Source of the DNA: Paramecium tetraurelia
Lineage: Eukaryota
Direction of reading: 5' to 3'
Assembly: GCA_000165425.1 (NCBI GenBank)
Contig: CT868152.1
Span: forward strand, 310,001 to 374,000
DNA: 64,000 nt
Below, one piece after another: positions 1 through 12,198 of the stretch. The notes under the pieces were generated by a model, which ran no database searches, was not told where the DNA came from, and worked only from the letters and a program-made list of their open reading frames with translations. The translations under genes and the position numbers were made by a program. The stretch's first letter is position 1; the number at the start of each line of letters is the position of its first letter.

Positions 1-486
1 AATTCCAGCTTTGGATTACATAGAATTTATTATTCCTTCTTTAAGAATTTTGTTTGAAGATTTCAAGAAAGAATGTCCTGATACTCCTTTGATAATGTTC
101 TCCAAGGATTAAAATGATAAAAAGGTTATTATTGAATTTTTAAAATTGACTTATAACGACAAACCATTGGTTGATGGATTTCAATTAGATTCTAATGTAA
201 GTGATGAAACACTTATTAAAATCATAGAAGGAAATAGAACCATATAAGGAAATTTAGAACCAGGAGTAATTTTTATCTATAATCTTCTTAGGTGTTATTT
301 GGAAATCCTGTTATTATAAAGAAAAGAATTTCACAAATGATTGAGAAGTTATAGACTACAAGAAGGTACATTGTAAATTTGGCACATGGACTTACTCCAG
401 ATCATGAAGTTGAAAAAGTCAGGTTGTTCGTATAAGAATCGTAGCGTCAATCCAAATTATATAAAGCCAAGGAAATTTTGGAATGA
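1..486 (+). CDS. UROD: Uroporphyrinogen decarboxylase, 3' part (5'-truncated by window)
   Basis: Ciliate-code translation gives TIQGNLEPG|VLFG...RRYIVNLAHGLTPDHEVEKVRLFV, matching the HemE motifs QGNLDP and YIFNLGHG. 26-nt GT-AG intron at 266-291; TGA at 484-486. Confidence 0.88.
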
Positions 487-1235
487 ATTTTCGATTCAAT
501 CAGTCATCTATTCAGTTTATAATTTATATCATATCTATCACTATTCTACTGTTATTCCATTCAATCGATTTCAATTTCTAATTCATCATTACCAGATGTT
601 GGTTATTTGAATATACCAATTATATAACAAATTTTTATTAAAAAAAGACTAAAAATTCAGTAAGTAATATTCCACACTTTCAATTTCAAAACAGAAATTT
701 AAGTAACCATGAAACTTTGGAGTAAAAGGTTCCTCGAAAAAACAAAACAAAAATTAATCCCCCTCTTCACATAGACCATCTGATTTCTCCTCATTACAGA
801 ATTCAAAAACTTAAAGCAAAATCTATGAAATAGTAAGTTAGTAAGTTCATGAGAGCATATTATCCTTTTTCTAATGAATAATTAACTAGTGAATAAAACT
901 CTTTTAATACAGTTGCTAATATCTGCGATAATACTCAATTTACATTTTTTAATTTTATTATATCTTGCTTAGATTTGTTTTATATATAGAACAAAAATTA
1001 TTTCTACCTCTGAAATGCATTTAGCCTTCTTCAGATTGATGATTTCATATTTCACCATTTTATTTAAAAATCACTTTTTTTATTTTTAAATGAATAATTT
1101 TTTTATATATCCCTACAATGTAAATAAAATAACAAAAATACTACTTTATAAGAAAATTCTTGGTATTTAAATATTCAGTACTAATTGATTTTATTAAAAG
1201 TAACAAAAAAATAATATTTGCTTGTAAAATTCAAA

Positions 1236-1442
1236 ATGGGTTGTTGTTCAACTAAAGGAAGACGAAAAGGCTCTCTTTCTATTCCAAAAATTAGTATTTT
1301 GAAAAAAACAAACCCCACTCAACAAGTTTAAAAAGAATTAGTCAACACAAAAAAGAAAACACTCAGTTTTTAAATGCTATCCTTAAATTCCTAAGAAGCG
1401 AATAGAAGAAGCCTTCATACCAGACAAATTATTTCAGACTGA
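1236..1442 (+). CDS. Small (68 aa) basic protein with MGCC N-terminus (predicted myristoylation/palmitoylation)
   Basis: ATG 1236 to TGA 1442 is open in the ciliate code: MGCCSTKGRRKGSLSIPK...NRRSLHTRQIISD. Confidence 0.6.
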
Positions 1443-1888
1443 AATAAATGAAGAATAATGATTATATTTTTTATATATGTTCTAAATTATTGTTATGTAA
1501 TTAGCAATGATTATTCTTAATGTAAGTTTCAATGCTCCATCTAGAAGATAATTTGGCTGTATTTCTAAATGTTTAACAGGTAAATACTTGTGATTAGTAT
1601 ATTAACAGTAATGCTTACTTAAATAGATATGGTGAGGTTACATTTTATATTAAATGAGTTATTATTATAAAAAAAATTAGTGTTGTGAAGTTCAATAGCA
1701 AAAGGAACGATGTTGACACTTAGTTGATGTCTTTTAACACCTGATCGATTTTTAAAGAAATTTATAATATATTTTATAAATTATAGTATTATAAATTTAA
1801 ATTAAATTATTAAAATTTCACTTCATAAAATGAACTACAAAGCAACACAATATTGCTAGGAATTAGAATAATAAAATATTTAGAATTT

Positions 1889-2920
1889 ATGAGTTGGGGA
1901 TAACCTGAAGAAGTACCTTAGCAAGCATAATCTTGGGGTAATGCAGAATCAACATGGGGCAATACTGGAGATCAATAATAATAGGATAATAAGCCAGCAT
2001 GGGGTGATTCAAATAATGGTTAGGAGAATAAGGAGTTTAGAGGAAGAGGTGGACGCGGAGGTAGAGGCGGAAGAGGAGATAGAGGAGGAAGAGGAAGAGG
2101 AGGAGGAGATAGAGGCGGACGAGGAGGCAGAGGTAGAGGAAGAGGCAACAATGAAAACAGGGAAGAAGGAGAAATTAAGCCTTAAAATGAAGGCGGAGGC
2201 TGGGGATAATAGACATCAGAGGGATGGGGTTAAACTTAGTAAGAGAATAAAGAACCTGCTCAAGGGTAATCTGATGGCAATAATTGGGGTGGAGGAGCAC
2301 CTACCGAGAATGCTGGAGGATGGGGATCATCAAATAATGAAGCTCAAGGCTGGGGTGGAAATTAAGAAAATAACAATAATCAAGATGGTTAATAAGAATA
2401 GTAGAAGGGTAAAGGGAAAGGAAGGAAGAGAGATTCACCTCCTCCTGCTAAAAGAGTAAGACCGAATCCAATAGTAATCACAGTAGAAGATGAAGAGGAT
2501 AGTGAAACTTAGCATGTTATAATTAATGAATATCCAGTGTTGCAAAATAAGTAGAAGGGACTGATCAAGAGTGAGGAATAGTAAGTATGCTTTGAAGGTA
2601 ATATTAAAATAGATGAAAACAATATGAATGCGTAATTCATTAGTTTTGATACAGAAATAAAAGTCAAAATTGATTAAATTGAAGATTACACCATAGAGAA
2701 TTCTAAAGACTTACTGAAGACCATTGGAGATTAAATTATCTTTGGAATAGTTCAAGGAGTAGATAAGGATAATCAGAAGGCTATAAACAAATTAGCAGAT
2801 AATCTGTTGGACAAATAATAATCAATTCACTTCAAAGATGTCAGTTTGTTTAGTATCAAATAATTGTACAAGGGCGAAAGTGTTTCAAGATTGGCATTCG
2901 TTAAGTAGATTTAAGTTTGA
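1889..2920 (+). CDS. WG-repeat / RGG-box protein (343 aa) with NLS-like segment and globular C-terminal domain
   Basis: Intronless 1032-nt ORF: MSWGQPEE...SWG..TWG..AWG..FRGRGGRGGRGGRGDRGG...GGWG..EGWG..NWGGG..GGWG..QGWGG...GRKRDSPPPAKRVRP, then ~150 aa of folded-looking sequence. Confidence 0.85.
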
Positions 2921-2960
2921 AGATTATGGATATTATTAAATATAGATATAAATGTATGCT

Positions 2961-3838
2961 TCATTATTTCATTGGGTGTTCATGATTCCATTCTTCATAA
3001 GACCCATCGAATAAAAGTAATCTAATATATAGAAATTGTTATTACTCTTTTTTCTTAAGAATTTCTTATGCCAACAGTGCGATGCAACTTAATTTTCCAG
3101 TTTGACAAGTGTTAACGATTTTCTTTGAAATATCAATTTAATGATTTTTGTATAACTTTTGTAAATTTTCTGTAGATTTCATAGTGTGATCATCATTCAA
3201 GTATTCTGAATAAGGTAAATTATAAGATCCAGGAATAGATCCCTTTTTAAATCTTGGTGGATCTCTGGCATCCAAAAGTAGCCAATCCTCACCTTTTGCG
3301 TCCTTGTGTTGTTTGAGATAGGAAATCACAGATACATCCTTTGTTGATAGAGAAGTAACTTAATCCTTTGGTTGATCCTCTTTAAATAAACATTAATCAT
3401 ACACAAATTCAAATCCTCATAAACTTTGCTATCATTTTTATCAAAGTCATGTTGATGGTGCCATTTGTTAAATCCGCCATCTAAGACATAAACCCTTTTG
3501 AATCCAAAATATCTAAATGTAAACCAAGCTCTAGCAGCGAAATGAATATGCTCATCAAAAAATACAATTGGAGTCAGATGATCATATTAATTCTCCTAAA
3601 TATATTTCTCAAAAGTCTTTTGGGTTGGTAATTTACGAGCTACTGGTATGGGAGTTGCAGTAATATCGATCAAATTGAGTGTTGATTAATCCAGAGTAAT
3701 TCTGTGAGCATGAGCAAATTTATTGTTTTCCTCTTTGTTATGATGGTGATCTGTCATTATTACATTGACAATTTTTATTCTGGATTTATTTTTGACTAGA
3801 TAATGCAAATATGGAGCAGATATTAATGATCCACGCAT
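2961..3838 (-). CDS. Tandem-domain rhodanese / sulfurtransferase (TST/MPST family)
   Basis: Motifs AARAWFTFRYFG..VYVLDGGFNKW, LLDARDPPRF..GSIPGSYNLPY, active-site loop CQTGKLS and C-terminal LFDGSYEEW. Probable 24-nt intron at 3022-3045. Confidence 0.88.
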
Positions 3839-4261
3839 CTTAATATAAAATTCATTAATTTTTCATGAATTACCATTAAATATACTGCTATACTAAAATT
3901 ATTTATAGAGAAATTGAAATCAATAAGACAGTTGAATTTGCAGAATAGGGTAAATATAATAAATTATCTGGGCTATAATAATTATGAATTTATATTATAT
4001 TTATTAAATTTTTGATCTAACTTTTTTATTACTTTTATCACAATATGTTATAGCCTAATTGAGGATAAGAATCGAAGGGTAAAAACAAAAGAAGGATTAA
4101 TGTTGATAAAATAAAGTAATGTAGCCTTGGATAATTTAATTTTAATATGATAATTAGACATATAGCTATATCAAAGGAATGATTGGAACAATAATATAGA
4201 TTCATAACAGCAATACTCTAATAACATTAAAAATTTGTTTTTAAACCTATATTAAAATTAA

Positions 4262-5276
4262 ATGTTAAAAAAATTAAGTCACTTTGCACGTCTTGACAAT
4301 CGAAGCATCGTTTCTATCAAAGGAAGAGAAGTCTGTGAAATTCTGTAGGGAATAACCACAAATGACCTTCGCTAAATCCAGCAATCACAAAGTACATTAT
4401 TCCTTAATACAAATGGGAGAGTCATTTGTGAAGCAATTTTGCATCGACCTTAAATGTAAGTAATCGTATTATTAGTCAAAAGAATGACGAGTGGTAATAT
4501 TGTAATGATGAAATTTGGATGGACATAGATAAAGAAATCAAAAGCTCTTTAATAAACCATATTAAGAAATTCTTGATTAGGAAAAAAGTCTAAATTACAG
4601 ATTATGAAGATCAACTGCATGTCTTCTAAGTTTATGTATTCTTTATACGTTTAAACTTAAGGGGCCACAAGTTAAATTAAGTAATAAGGAAGGTGAAGCA
4701 ATTACAGATCCGAATAATGATTTATCTGATGAAGGGGATTATAGAAACTTAGTTGCTGTTGATCCAAGATCTTCTTCTATTGGAATCAGAATGGTTACTA
4801 ATGAGATGCCAGATTTAAAAGAAAATGATATTTAAGTTTAGGATTTAGCCCATTTTGAAATCTCAAGATTGACAGAAGCTATTTTTGAAGGAAAAGAAGT
4901 TGTCAATAAAATACCCTTCTAAGTTAATTTTGATTTCTGGAATTCTATCAACTTAACTAAAGGTTGCTATGTAGGTTAAGAATTAACAGCAAGAACCTAT
5001 CACACTGGTGTTATTAGGAAGAGACTGCTACCTTTTAAAGTAGTCTCCAATAATAATACCACTAATTTGGAAGACTAAATAATCAATAATGGTGAATAGG
5101 AAGTAGGCAAAGTTGTGAAGAGTTCAAACAATTTTGGGATTGCTAATGTTAATTACTTAGATATAGATTTGGAGAAAGAGTATTAAGTAGGCAACTAAAT
5201 AATTTCATTTATATTATAAGAGAAACTTAGGAGTAATTTGATTAAGTACATTGAATTAATTTAATAGAGAAAATGA
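4262..5276 (+). CDS. IBA57: Fe-S cluster assembly factor IBA57/CAF17 (YgfZ family)
   Basis: RSIVSIKGREVCEILQGITTNDL and signature [25 protein letters not shown]. 20-nt intron at 4456-4475 and a second intron near 4636-4661. Confidence 0.92.
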
Positions 5277-5649
5277 TAATTATTAATTAATTTATCTAAA
5301 TTGATATTTAAATAGTTTCACATCAATATAAAAATACCCATTCATGTTATACCATAGATTCTAAAATTTTAAGCATTCATTTCATTATACTCATAACTAG
5401 AAAATCTAATCAATCAAGATATCAGAACTTTTGAGATTCCATTTTATGATTATCTTTTTAAGTTAACATCTAAAAGCAGAAAATAAAATATAAATAACTA
5501 TGTTCAAAAGAAGAGAAATATAATATGAAATGTGCATTTTTAAGTCTTCAATATATCAGATATCAGATATAATTAATTGTATTAGTATTTGAGATTTATT
5601 CTTAATAAGTTATTATTATAGTTTATATTAGTTTATTTTATGAAACAAA

Positions 5650-6974
5650 TCACTCAGAAGGCTTATAATTGGCTTTTAATTGTTTGGGTTTTTCATCAGA
5701 ATTGATATCCTAATTTTCATTATAATTTAATACTTTTAAAATAGATGAATAGAAGATTGTGTTTGTATTTTAATTGTTATTTACTTTTTATAGTAACTAA
5801 ATAAACTTTGTATTATTATTAACTAATTTGATATATCAATTAGAATACCTTAATCTGATAATTAACCTGTTTTTGCTACCGAATTTTCAAGTAAATCATT
5901 AAATAGTTTCGATAATTTTTTCTTGAAGTTTAAATCTCTCATCTTTTTTGTAAAAGTGTTATTGTCCCCTTATAAAGGAAGTTATTTGTCTATTTTTAAA
6001 TATAAGATTATACATTATTCTTAGATTTCAAATAAAGTATTCTCAAAGGTTTTTAATTTTTCACTATATTTATTAATGATAATTTTAAAAGGAGCCACAT
6101 CCATCTAAGTTATAATATTATCAACATTCTCCATAATGTCTTTCTTTATATTTTGAAGATCATTAATTTATTAAGTAACAACTGATTTAAAGCTATTAAA
6201 ATTAATTTACTGAGGAAGATCATTGGATATGCATAAAGAACCTTGACTTTTGCTTTATTATTTATCAAATAAATCATTAAGAAGAGCCTTACTCATTATT
6301 TATAGTTCATCTAATATTTTATTAACTTATTGTTTTGAATTATCATATGTCAGAGATTATTATTGAATAACTTTTAGAAATTACATATTCTAACTGATAA
6401 CATCTCCAACCTTAACAATAAAATCCTTTAACTCTTTCTTTTTAATGATACCGTCAGATTAGGTATGTATATTTGAAATGTATTAAAGTTCTTTTGATGT
6501 GTTTTAAGTAAAAGTCTGAAATTCTTCATGTTCTTCATCTTATCCAAATGTGAGCATTTTTCTGTCTAAATCATTATATCGAATGGGTACTCCAAATTAG
6601 ATGGCATAATCAATTGCACATCTACTACACATTTATTATTAATTGATTTCATATTTCAATTTCTTTTTGTGCATTTAACAAGAGTTCAATTTTATTTCAG
6701 TTTGCTACTCCTCTTATTTCTATTTTAGAAACAAGCTTATAACGCTACCTTTGGCAACATTTGGAGTTATATTTCTATCTTATTTGATTAAATGATTTTG
6801 GAGAGTTGCTTTAAGATATGATGGTTTAACAACATTTTCTTTATTTGCTCTATTCGGAGATGGGTCTGTTGTGTATCTCAAATCCTTGATTTGGGATGAG
6901 CAACTGAACTCAGTTTTTAAATAACTATTAGATGGCTTACGAGTATTAGTATTTTGAATTTGATTCTTATGCAT
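5650..6974 (-). CDS. Uncharacterised protein with B-box-like Cys/His cluster and coiled coil
   Basis: Open in the ciliate code from MHKNQIQN. Contains CQMHKKKLKYEINQQQMCSRCA followed by a helical region; ends NYKPSE-TGA. Probable small intron near 5990-6015. Confidence 0.65.
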
Positions 6975-7049
6975 ATATGTTAAAAATTAATTTAGAAAAA
7001 AATGTGTTTAATCTACCAATAATGAAAATATATCTATATACATAAAGTA

Positions 7050-8981
7050 TCACTTCTTTTTTTATTTGATCTTTCTTCCCCTAGTATTTAAGGATTCTGA
7101 TTCGTCGTCTTCATTTTCTTAGTTCTTTTTTTTATTTTTCTGAGTTTCATCATCGGCATCTAATTCTTGTAATAGTTTATCCACTTCCTTTTGATTTAAT
7201 CTAGTCTAAGCATTATCAACAACTTCGTATTTTCCTTTTGAGTTCACTTTGAAATTAATCTATTAATATTCATCAGCTATTAACTTCATTTCTTCAAATG
7301 ATTTGTGTTTAAGTTCTTCAGGTAATTATTATTTGCTTCCATCTTGTGTTATTACATATCGATAGCAGCCTTCATCTTATTCATCGTCAGTAAATTCATC
7401 TGGTTTTGATTCTTTTTTTGGTAATTTGGCAAATGATAACTTCTTTGTTAAGGGTTGAAATGTCAGTCCTGAAACAACCTTAGCTGCTTTTTCTATCTAT
7501 AAATTTTATATGTATGGGAGCATCATGTCTTTTAAATTACCAGGGAATTTCATTGGATATCCTAAGAGAGCATTGGCTTCCAAAAGGATTTTTAAGTAAT
7601 TTCTCATATCTTCCTTTGAATACATTTCTTTTCCTATGTTTTGCATAGATTTTATGATATCCTTTTAATTTATCCCTTGCATCATTCTTGTTTGGATTAT
7701 TTTACTGATCTATCGTTTAAATAGGTCTTGCAAGACCAATCCTTATTTCATTTAAGAGTTTTGCATAATCTCAAATTGATATTTAAAAGTCTAAGACTTT
7801 TCCTTGAATTTTTTTACAGATTCCTAAAATGAAAGATATTGACTCTTTTAGGAATCCTTAAACATTGATGCTTAAATTGTAAAATTCTAAAAGTCATAGA
7901 GTTAATCAGCATAAAAGTTGTGAAGTTCTAAATATTTTGGAATATCATCTTAATTCAAATATTTATTGAATTTAGTATTTTCAAATGGATTTTATCCATT
8001 CATAGCACGAACTCTTAATACATAATCAACCATATAACCAGCGATGACAATCTTCTCCAAAAGTTCATCTTTGCTCTTTTAATCAAATTTCTCTTCTAAA
8101 TAAAATGTATTATAATCAAAGAACTTTTCTTTGCTGACCTTAACTACTTGATCTGCCAAAAACTGATTTGTAAATAGAAAACATTTATCCATAACTCTTG
8201 AGGATTTTTATAAAAGAGCTGCTTAGTAATTAACATAAGTTTCGAATATGTATGAGTGATTTTTTAAAATGGTATTCCTGAATATAAATATAATATCTGT
8301 AAATGAGTCTGATGAATCTGCTTAAGGTTTCAAAATTGCAACTTTCATTTTTTCAATGGTATCCAAAAATGCATTTTTTAGGTCTTCCAAAGTAAAATTG
8401 TTTACTATATCCTCAATTTATAAAACTTCATCAGGTTTTGATATCATAATCATCATCTTAGGGTCATTACATGCATAATATGCAACTGATAATTAATCCT
8501 AAAACTCAATCTGCCTATTCTTAACATAATAAACATATGTGCCATTATCGTGCATTGTAAAGAATTCCCTTTATTTAGGAAATACCTTAAGAAATAATTG
8601 AGTATATTTGTTTTTGCCTAATAATTATTACTCTTATGTCTCTACAGTTGAATCCTGAATCCATTATTTTAAGACTCGATTGGAAAGAGTATCAAGCAAA
8701 ACACACTATCTAGATCATCATTTAGAATTACTTTTGGAGTAAATTGTTCAACTAAAGTCAAATTCTGTTTTAGAGCTTCAAAAGATTTATCAGAGGAAGA
8801 TGCCACATAAACTTGATTGCCATTCAAAATGTACTTGGACATATTGTTTTAAAAAGGAGCATTTTGAACTCTTTCAATATATTCAATCAATTTACTTATA
8901 ACTGTTATGTACTTTCATATCTGTCTATTTTATGAGAGTCAAGCTTCCTTTTTTCTTTATAGCCTTTTATAAAGTTTTCAT
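7050..8981 (-). CDS. Uncharacterised ~620-aa protein
   Basis: Long ciliate-code ORF with 25- and 26-nt introns near the 5' end and an acidic/basic C-terminus. The start could instead be the ATG at 8918. A weak resemblance of 'QVYVASS...VEQFTPKCVLLD' to TraB-family N-termini is unverified. Confidence 0.7.
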
Positions 8982-8993
8982 AAAAATTAAATT

Positions 8994-9395
8994 ATGTCTT
9001 AAAATTTAACTTATAAATCACCAGACGACATCAAATTTGATGAAGATTTAGAAAGAATATTAGATAAGTTCATAATTAAATTGTGTTGCGCTTTATTTAT
9101 GGACTTTGTAGGGCTATTGCTGATGTTTTTGGTGTTCGATTTTTCTTTTTCAACTTACATTTTTGGATTCAGTTTAGTAAATACAATATTTGAATTTCTG
9201 AAAATCAACGATATCAGATATCCTTTAAGGGCAATAGTAGGAGTTGCTTGTATTGTTTTGGCAATCATTGGGTTCAATATAATTGGTTCAGTTTTAGCTG
9301 GAATCAAAAATAGAAAAAATCCTTATATTTACCTAAAGGGTGCATTCAATAGATATGTGGGGAAAATTAGAGAGGCCAAGTTTAAGAGAAATTGA
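8994..9395 (+). CDS. Small membrane protein (133 aa, about 2 hydrophobic segments)
   Basis: Intronless ORF MSQNLTYKSPDD... with hydrophobic stretches LCCALFMDFVGLLLMFLVF and AIVGVACIVLAIIGFNIIGSVLAGI. Confidence 0.75.
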
Positions 9396-9452
9396 TATAG
9401 TAATTATTTAGAGCTTTATAAAATGATTGTATTTTTTGTTGATGTTACATAA

Positions 9453-10841
9453 TCAATTTGTAATTTTGGATTAAACATCTCTCTTATATGAGGTACTTTG
9501 AGAACCTACTTGGCTTGAGTAAATTCTGTAAACATCCTCAAAAGTATTTTATTCCTCTTGAAGAGTTTCACTAACTGATTTGAAGTGAGCTTCTGCATTT
9601 GTCAAATCCTAATTGTATTTATGGTACACATACTTCATTAGCCAAATCAATAGAATTTTAGATTTTCTTCAATCTGTCCTTGCAGGCAGCTGTGGCTTAT
9701 AAAATAGTGATCAATTGGTTTTGTAATTTTTCCTAATGAATGAATACTTAAATTGAATACCAAATTGACATCTTCAGCAGCTAAATGTCCTCTGAATGTT
9801 TCATTCTCCTTAGTTATCAAACCTTTAAAGTCACTATATCCCATGGCTGAGTTGACTTGATTGTCTTATTTCTTTCCAAATGATCCTCTGACCTCGTCCT
9901 CCAAGATATCCAAAAAGTTTAACAACTCTTATTATGCAACTGTGAATTAAGAGTAATCCTTTCCAGATCCACCTTAAGCGGGAGCCTTCTATCCCTTCTC
10001 AATGATTTTATTAAAAGCTGCAGCTTCCTTTGCTAATTGTTCATAAGTAGCCTTCTCTTCAGCCTCCAAAGGATGTTCAGGTACTGCTTGTTCTGGTTCA
10101 TCTGTTTATTATGCTTCCTCTATTTCATGATCAGCTGCTTCTACTCCTTCTTCTGGGGCGGCAGAAGTTACTTCCTATTCAGCTTCTTCAGTTTCAGTTA
10201 CTGATGTTTCTTCTGGAGTCTCAGTAACTTCATCGTATACGTGGGGAGGCTCATTGTCATCGGAGGTCAATTCTGGTTCTTCTCCATCGTCAGCCAAGAA
10301 GGATTTGAGTTGGATGAATTAAGCAGATTACAATAGAGTGGGTAAATCAGTCTTATATTGCATAATGATGTACTTCTTTTGCATTTTTCAACAGCCCTTC
10401 TAAGGAAAGCTATTAAATTAAGAGTTTTCTTTGAATTCTTGATATCGTTAATGAAATTAGCATTCGATTCACATCTGTTCACATCCAATCTTTAAAGTCT
10501 TTCATTATTCTCTTTGATTCTCTTCTCAAGCCAATTAATATAGCTAAGTGTTATTCTAATGTCACGCTCTTTATTTGCCCATTCTTAATCTCTTCTATTG
10601 CATTCACCCCTTTGAGTCGATGCTGAACGTTATAAATCATTAACAATGTCTTGCTTTTGCTGATCGAAAGTCATATTATACACATTACATATTTGGTTGC
10701 TTCCCAATCACTCTCCAATTCTTATAATTGCTTGATTGTGCCATTTTTTAAATCCCCAAGCATCTTCAACACAACATCTATTTCGTTTGATTGAGAGTAT
10801 GCTGTTATTAGCAACAAAGCCATTATAGCAAAAACCTTCAT
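9453..10841 (-). CDS. Secretory granule lattice / trichocyst matrix-type precursor (apparent 1-nt frameshift near 10384-10388)
   Basis: Signal peptide MKVFAIMALLLITAYS; heptad region YINWLEKRIKENNERLQRLDVNRCESNANFINDIK; acidic spacer (ETPEETSVTETEEAE); second coiled-coil unit with Cys; four small introns. This architecture is typical of ciliate GRL/TMP proproteins. Confidence 0.65.
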
Positions 10842-11542
10842 TTTATTAAATTATCACACAAAAACGGTACATTTTTTAGTTTTAATTTATATAATATAAA
10901 ATTTTCAACTCTTCTTCCTGCAATTTTTAGTGTTAAATCTATGAATTAAGTAATTATTTAACATTAAAATATTATCATCGAATCTAAATATCATAGAGAA
11001 AATGTTTAGTACTCTCTAAGTTGATAAAGTGGTTACATTTTGTTATATAGCCTCTATTTAATTATAGCTTGGCCTGAATCCAAGGTACCATAAGGAATTG
11101 TTTTATTTTATTATGAGAAATATATAGATCAGCATAATAACTTGGATTATTATCTATAGAATAAATTTTAATTAATGCTCAACACAGTTTTATCTATTTG
11201 TTTTACTTATAAGTTTAATGATGAACAAAAACTAACCTATAATCAGAATAATCGAGAGTACTTAGTTACAATTCTCTTATCTTTGAAACATTTCTTACTT
11301 CTTTTACCCCATTTAAATAACCGTAATCATTTTTTCACTGAATGTTAGTTTTAATTTCCAATTTCATAAGGTGTGTAATACGATATGCATAGGATCATAT
11401 ATATTTAGATTTAAAAATTATAGCTCAAAAAGGATAAAGATCAAAATAAAACTCTATTTCTGATACTTATATATAAAACAAACAGCTCTAAATCATTCAA
11501 GAAAATTCATTATTTGAGAATGACTTCCTGGGTTTTCCTAAA

Positions 11543-11719
11543 TCAATTTACCTTTTATTTTCTTCTCATCATCAACGTACTCGATGAAATATGTTCTAGT
11601 TTAAAGGAATATCTATAAAAGAGACTCTTCTTCTTCTTAATCTGATTTTTCTGCTCAACAATACATTTATTTTATTCCATTTAATCAGCCTTAACTTATT
11701 TCATGATTGAGCACCCCAT
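11543..11719 (-). CDS. Small (58 aa) MGC-start basic protein
   Basis: MGCSIMKQVKADQ...SSTLMMRRKQKVN-TGA; N-terminal acylation-type motif and basic tail. Confidence 0.55.
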
Positions 11720-12198
11720 TTGATTAATTTTTTGGATTTATTTTTTTGTAATCTAAAACTTGAGACTGGAATTAATCGCGAAGGCATATTATAATATATT
11801 AGTATATATAGACAAGATACAATAAATTTTTAAATTGAAAGCTAATTCTTTTTGCCCAATCACCCTTTTTAACTTGTATATGCAATAAAAAAAATGTTAA
11901 CATATGTATCAAATGTACTCCCTCGTATAAATTAAATATATTGAATCAACCAAAATAAAAATGTGATTGTTTATTTTATCTAAAAATAGATCAATTCAAT
12001 TAAAAATACAAATATTGTCAAATTCAAAATATTTTAACTTTGGAATCTCTATTTCTGATGTACATTCGTTTGATGTATATAAAATTAAGTTATAAAATAT
12101 TTTTGAGAATAATTTTCTAATTATGTTAAATTTATAAAGTAGTATTTACATTTTCAATAACAAATATATTTAATAAATTAAAATATTTTAAGAGATCT

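Noticed and set aside
1941..2459. 172-aa Glu-rich ORF in the supplied track
   Set aside because: Shadow frame of the RGG/WG gene (AGA GGA repeats read as GAG/GAA). The frame from 1889 is longer and carries coherent motifs.
11002..11645. Long + strand open frame starting MFSTLQVDK
   Set aside because: No recognisable motifs and an AT-driven composition. Long open frames arise easily with a single stop codon, and it overlaps the MGC ORF on the other strand.
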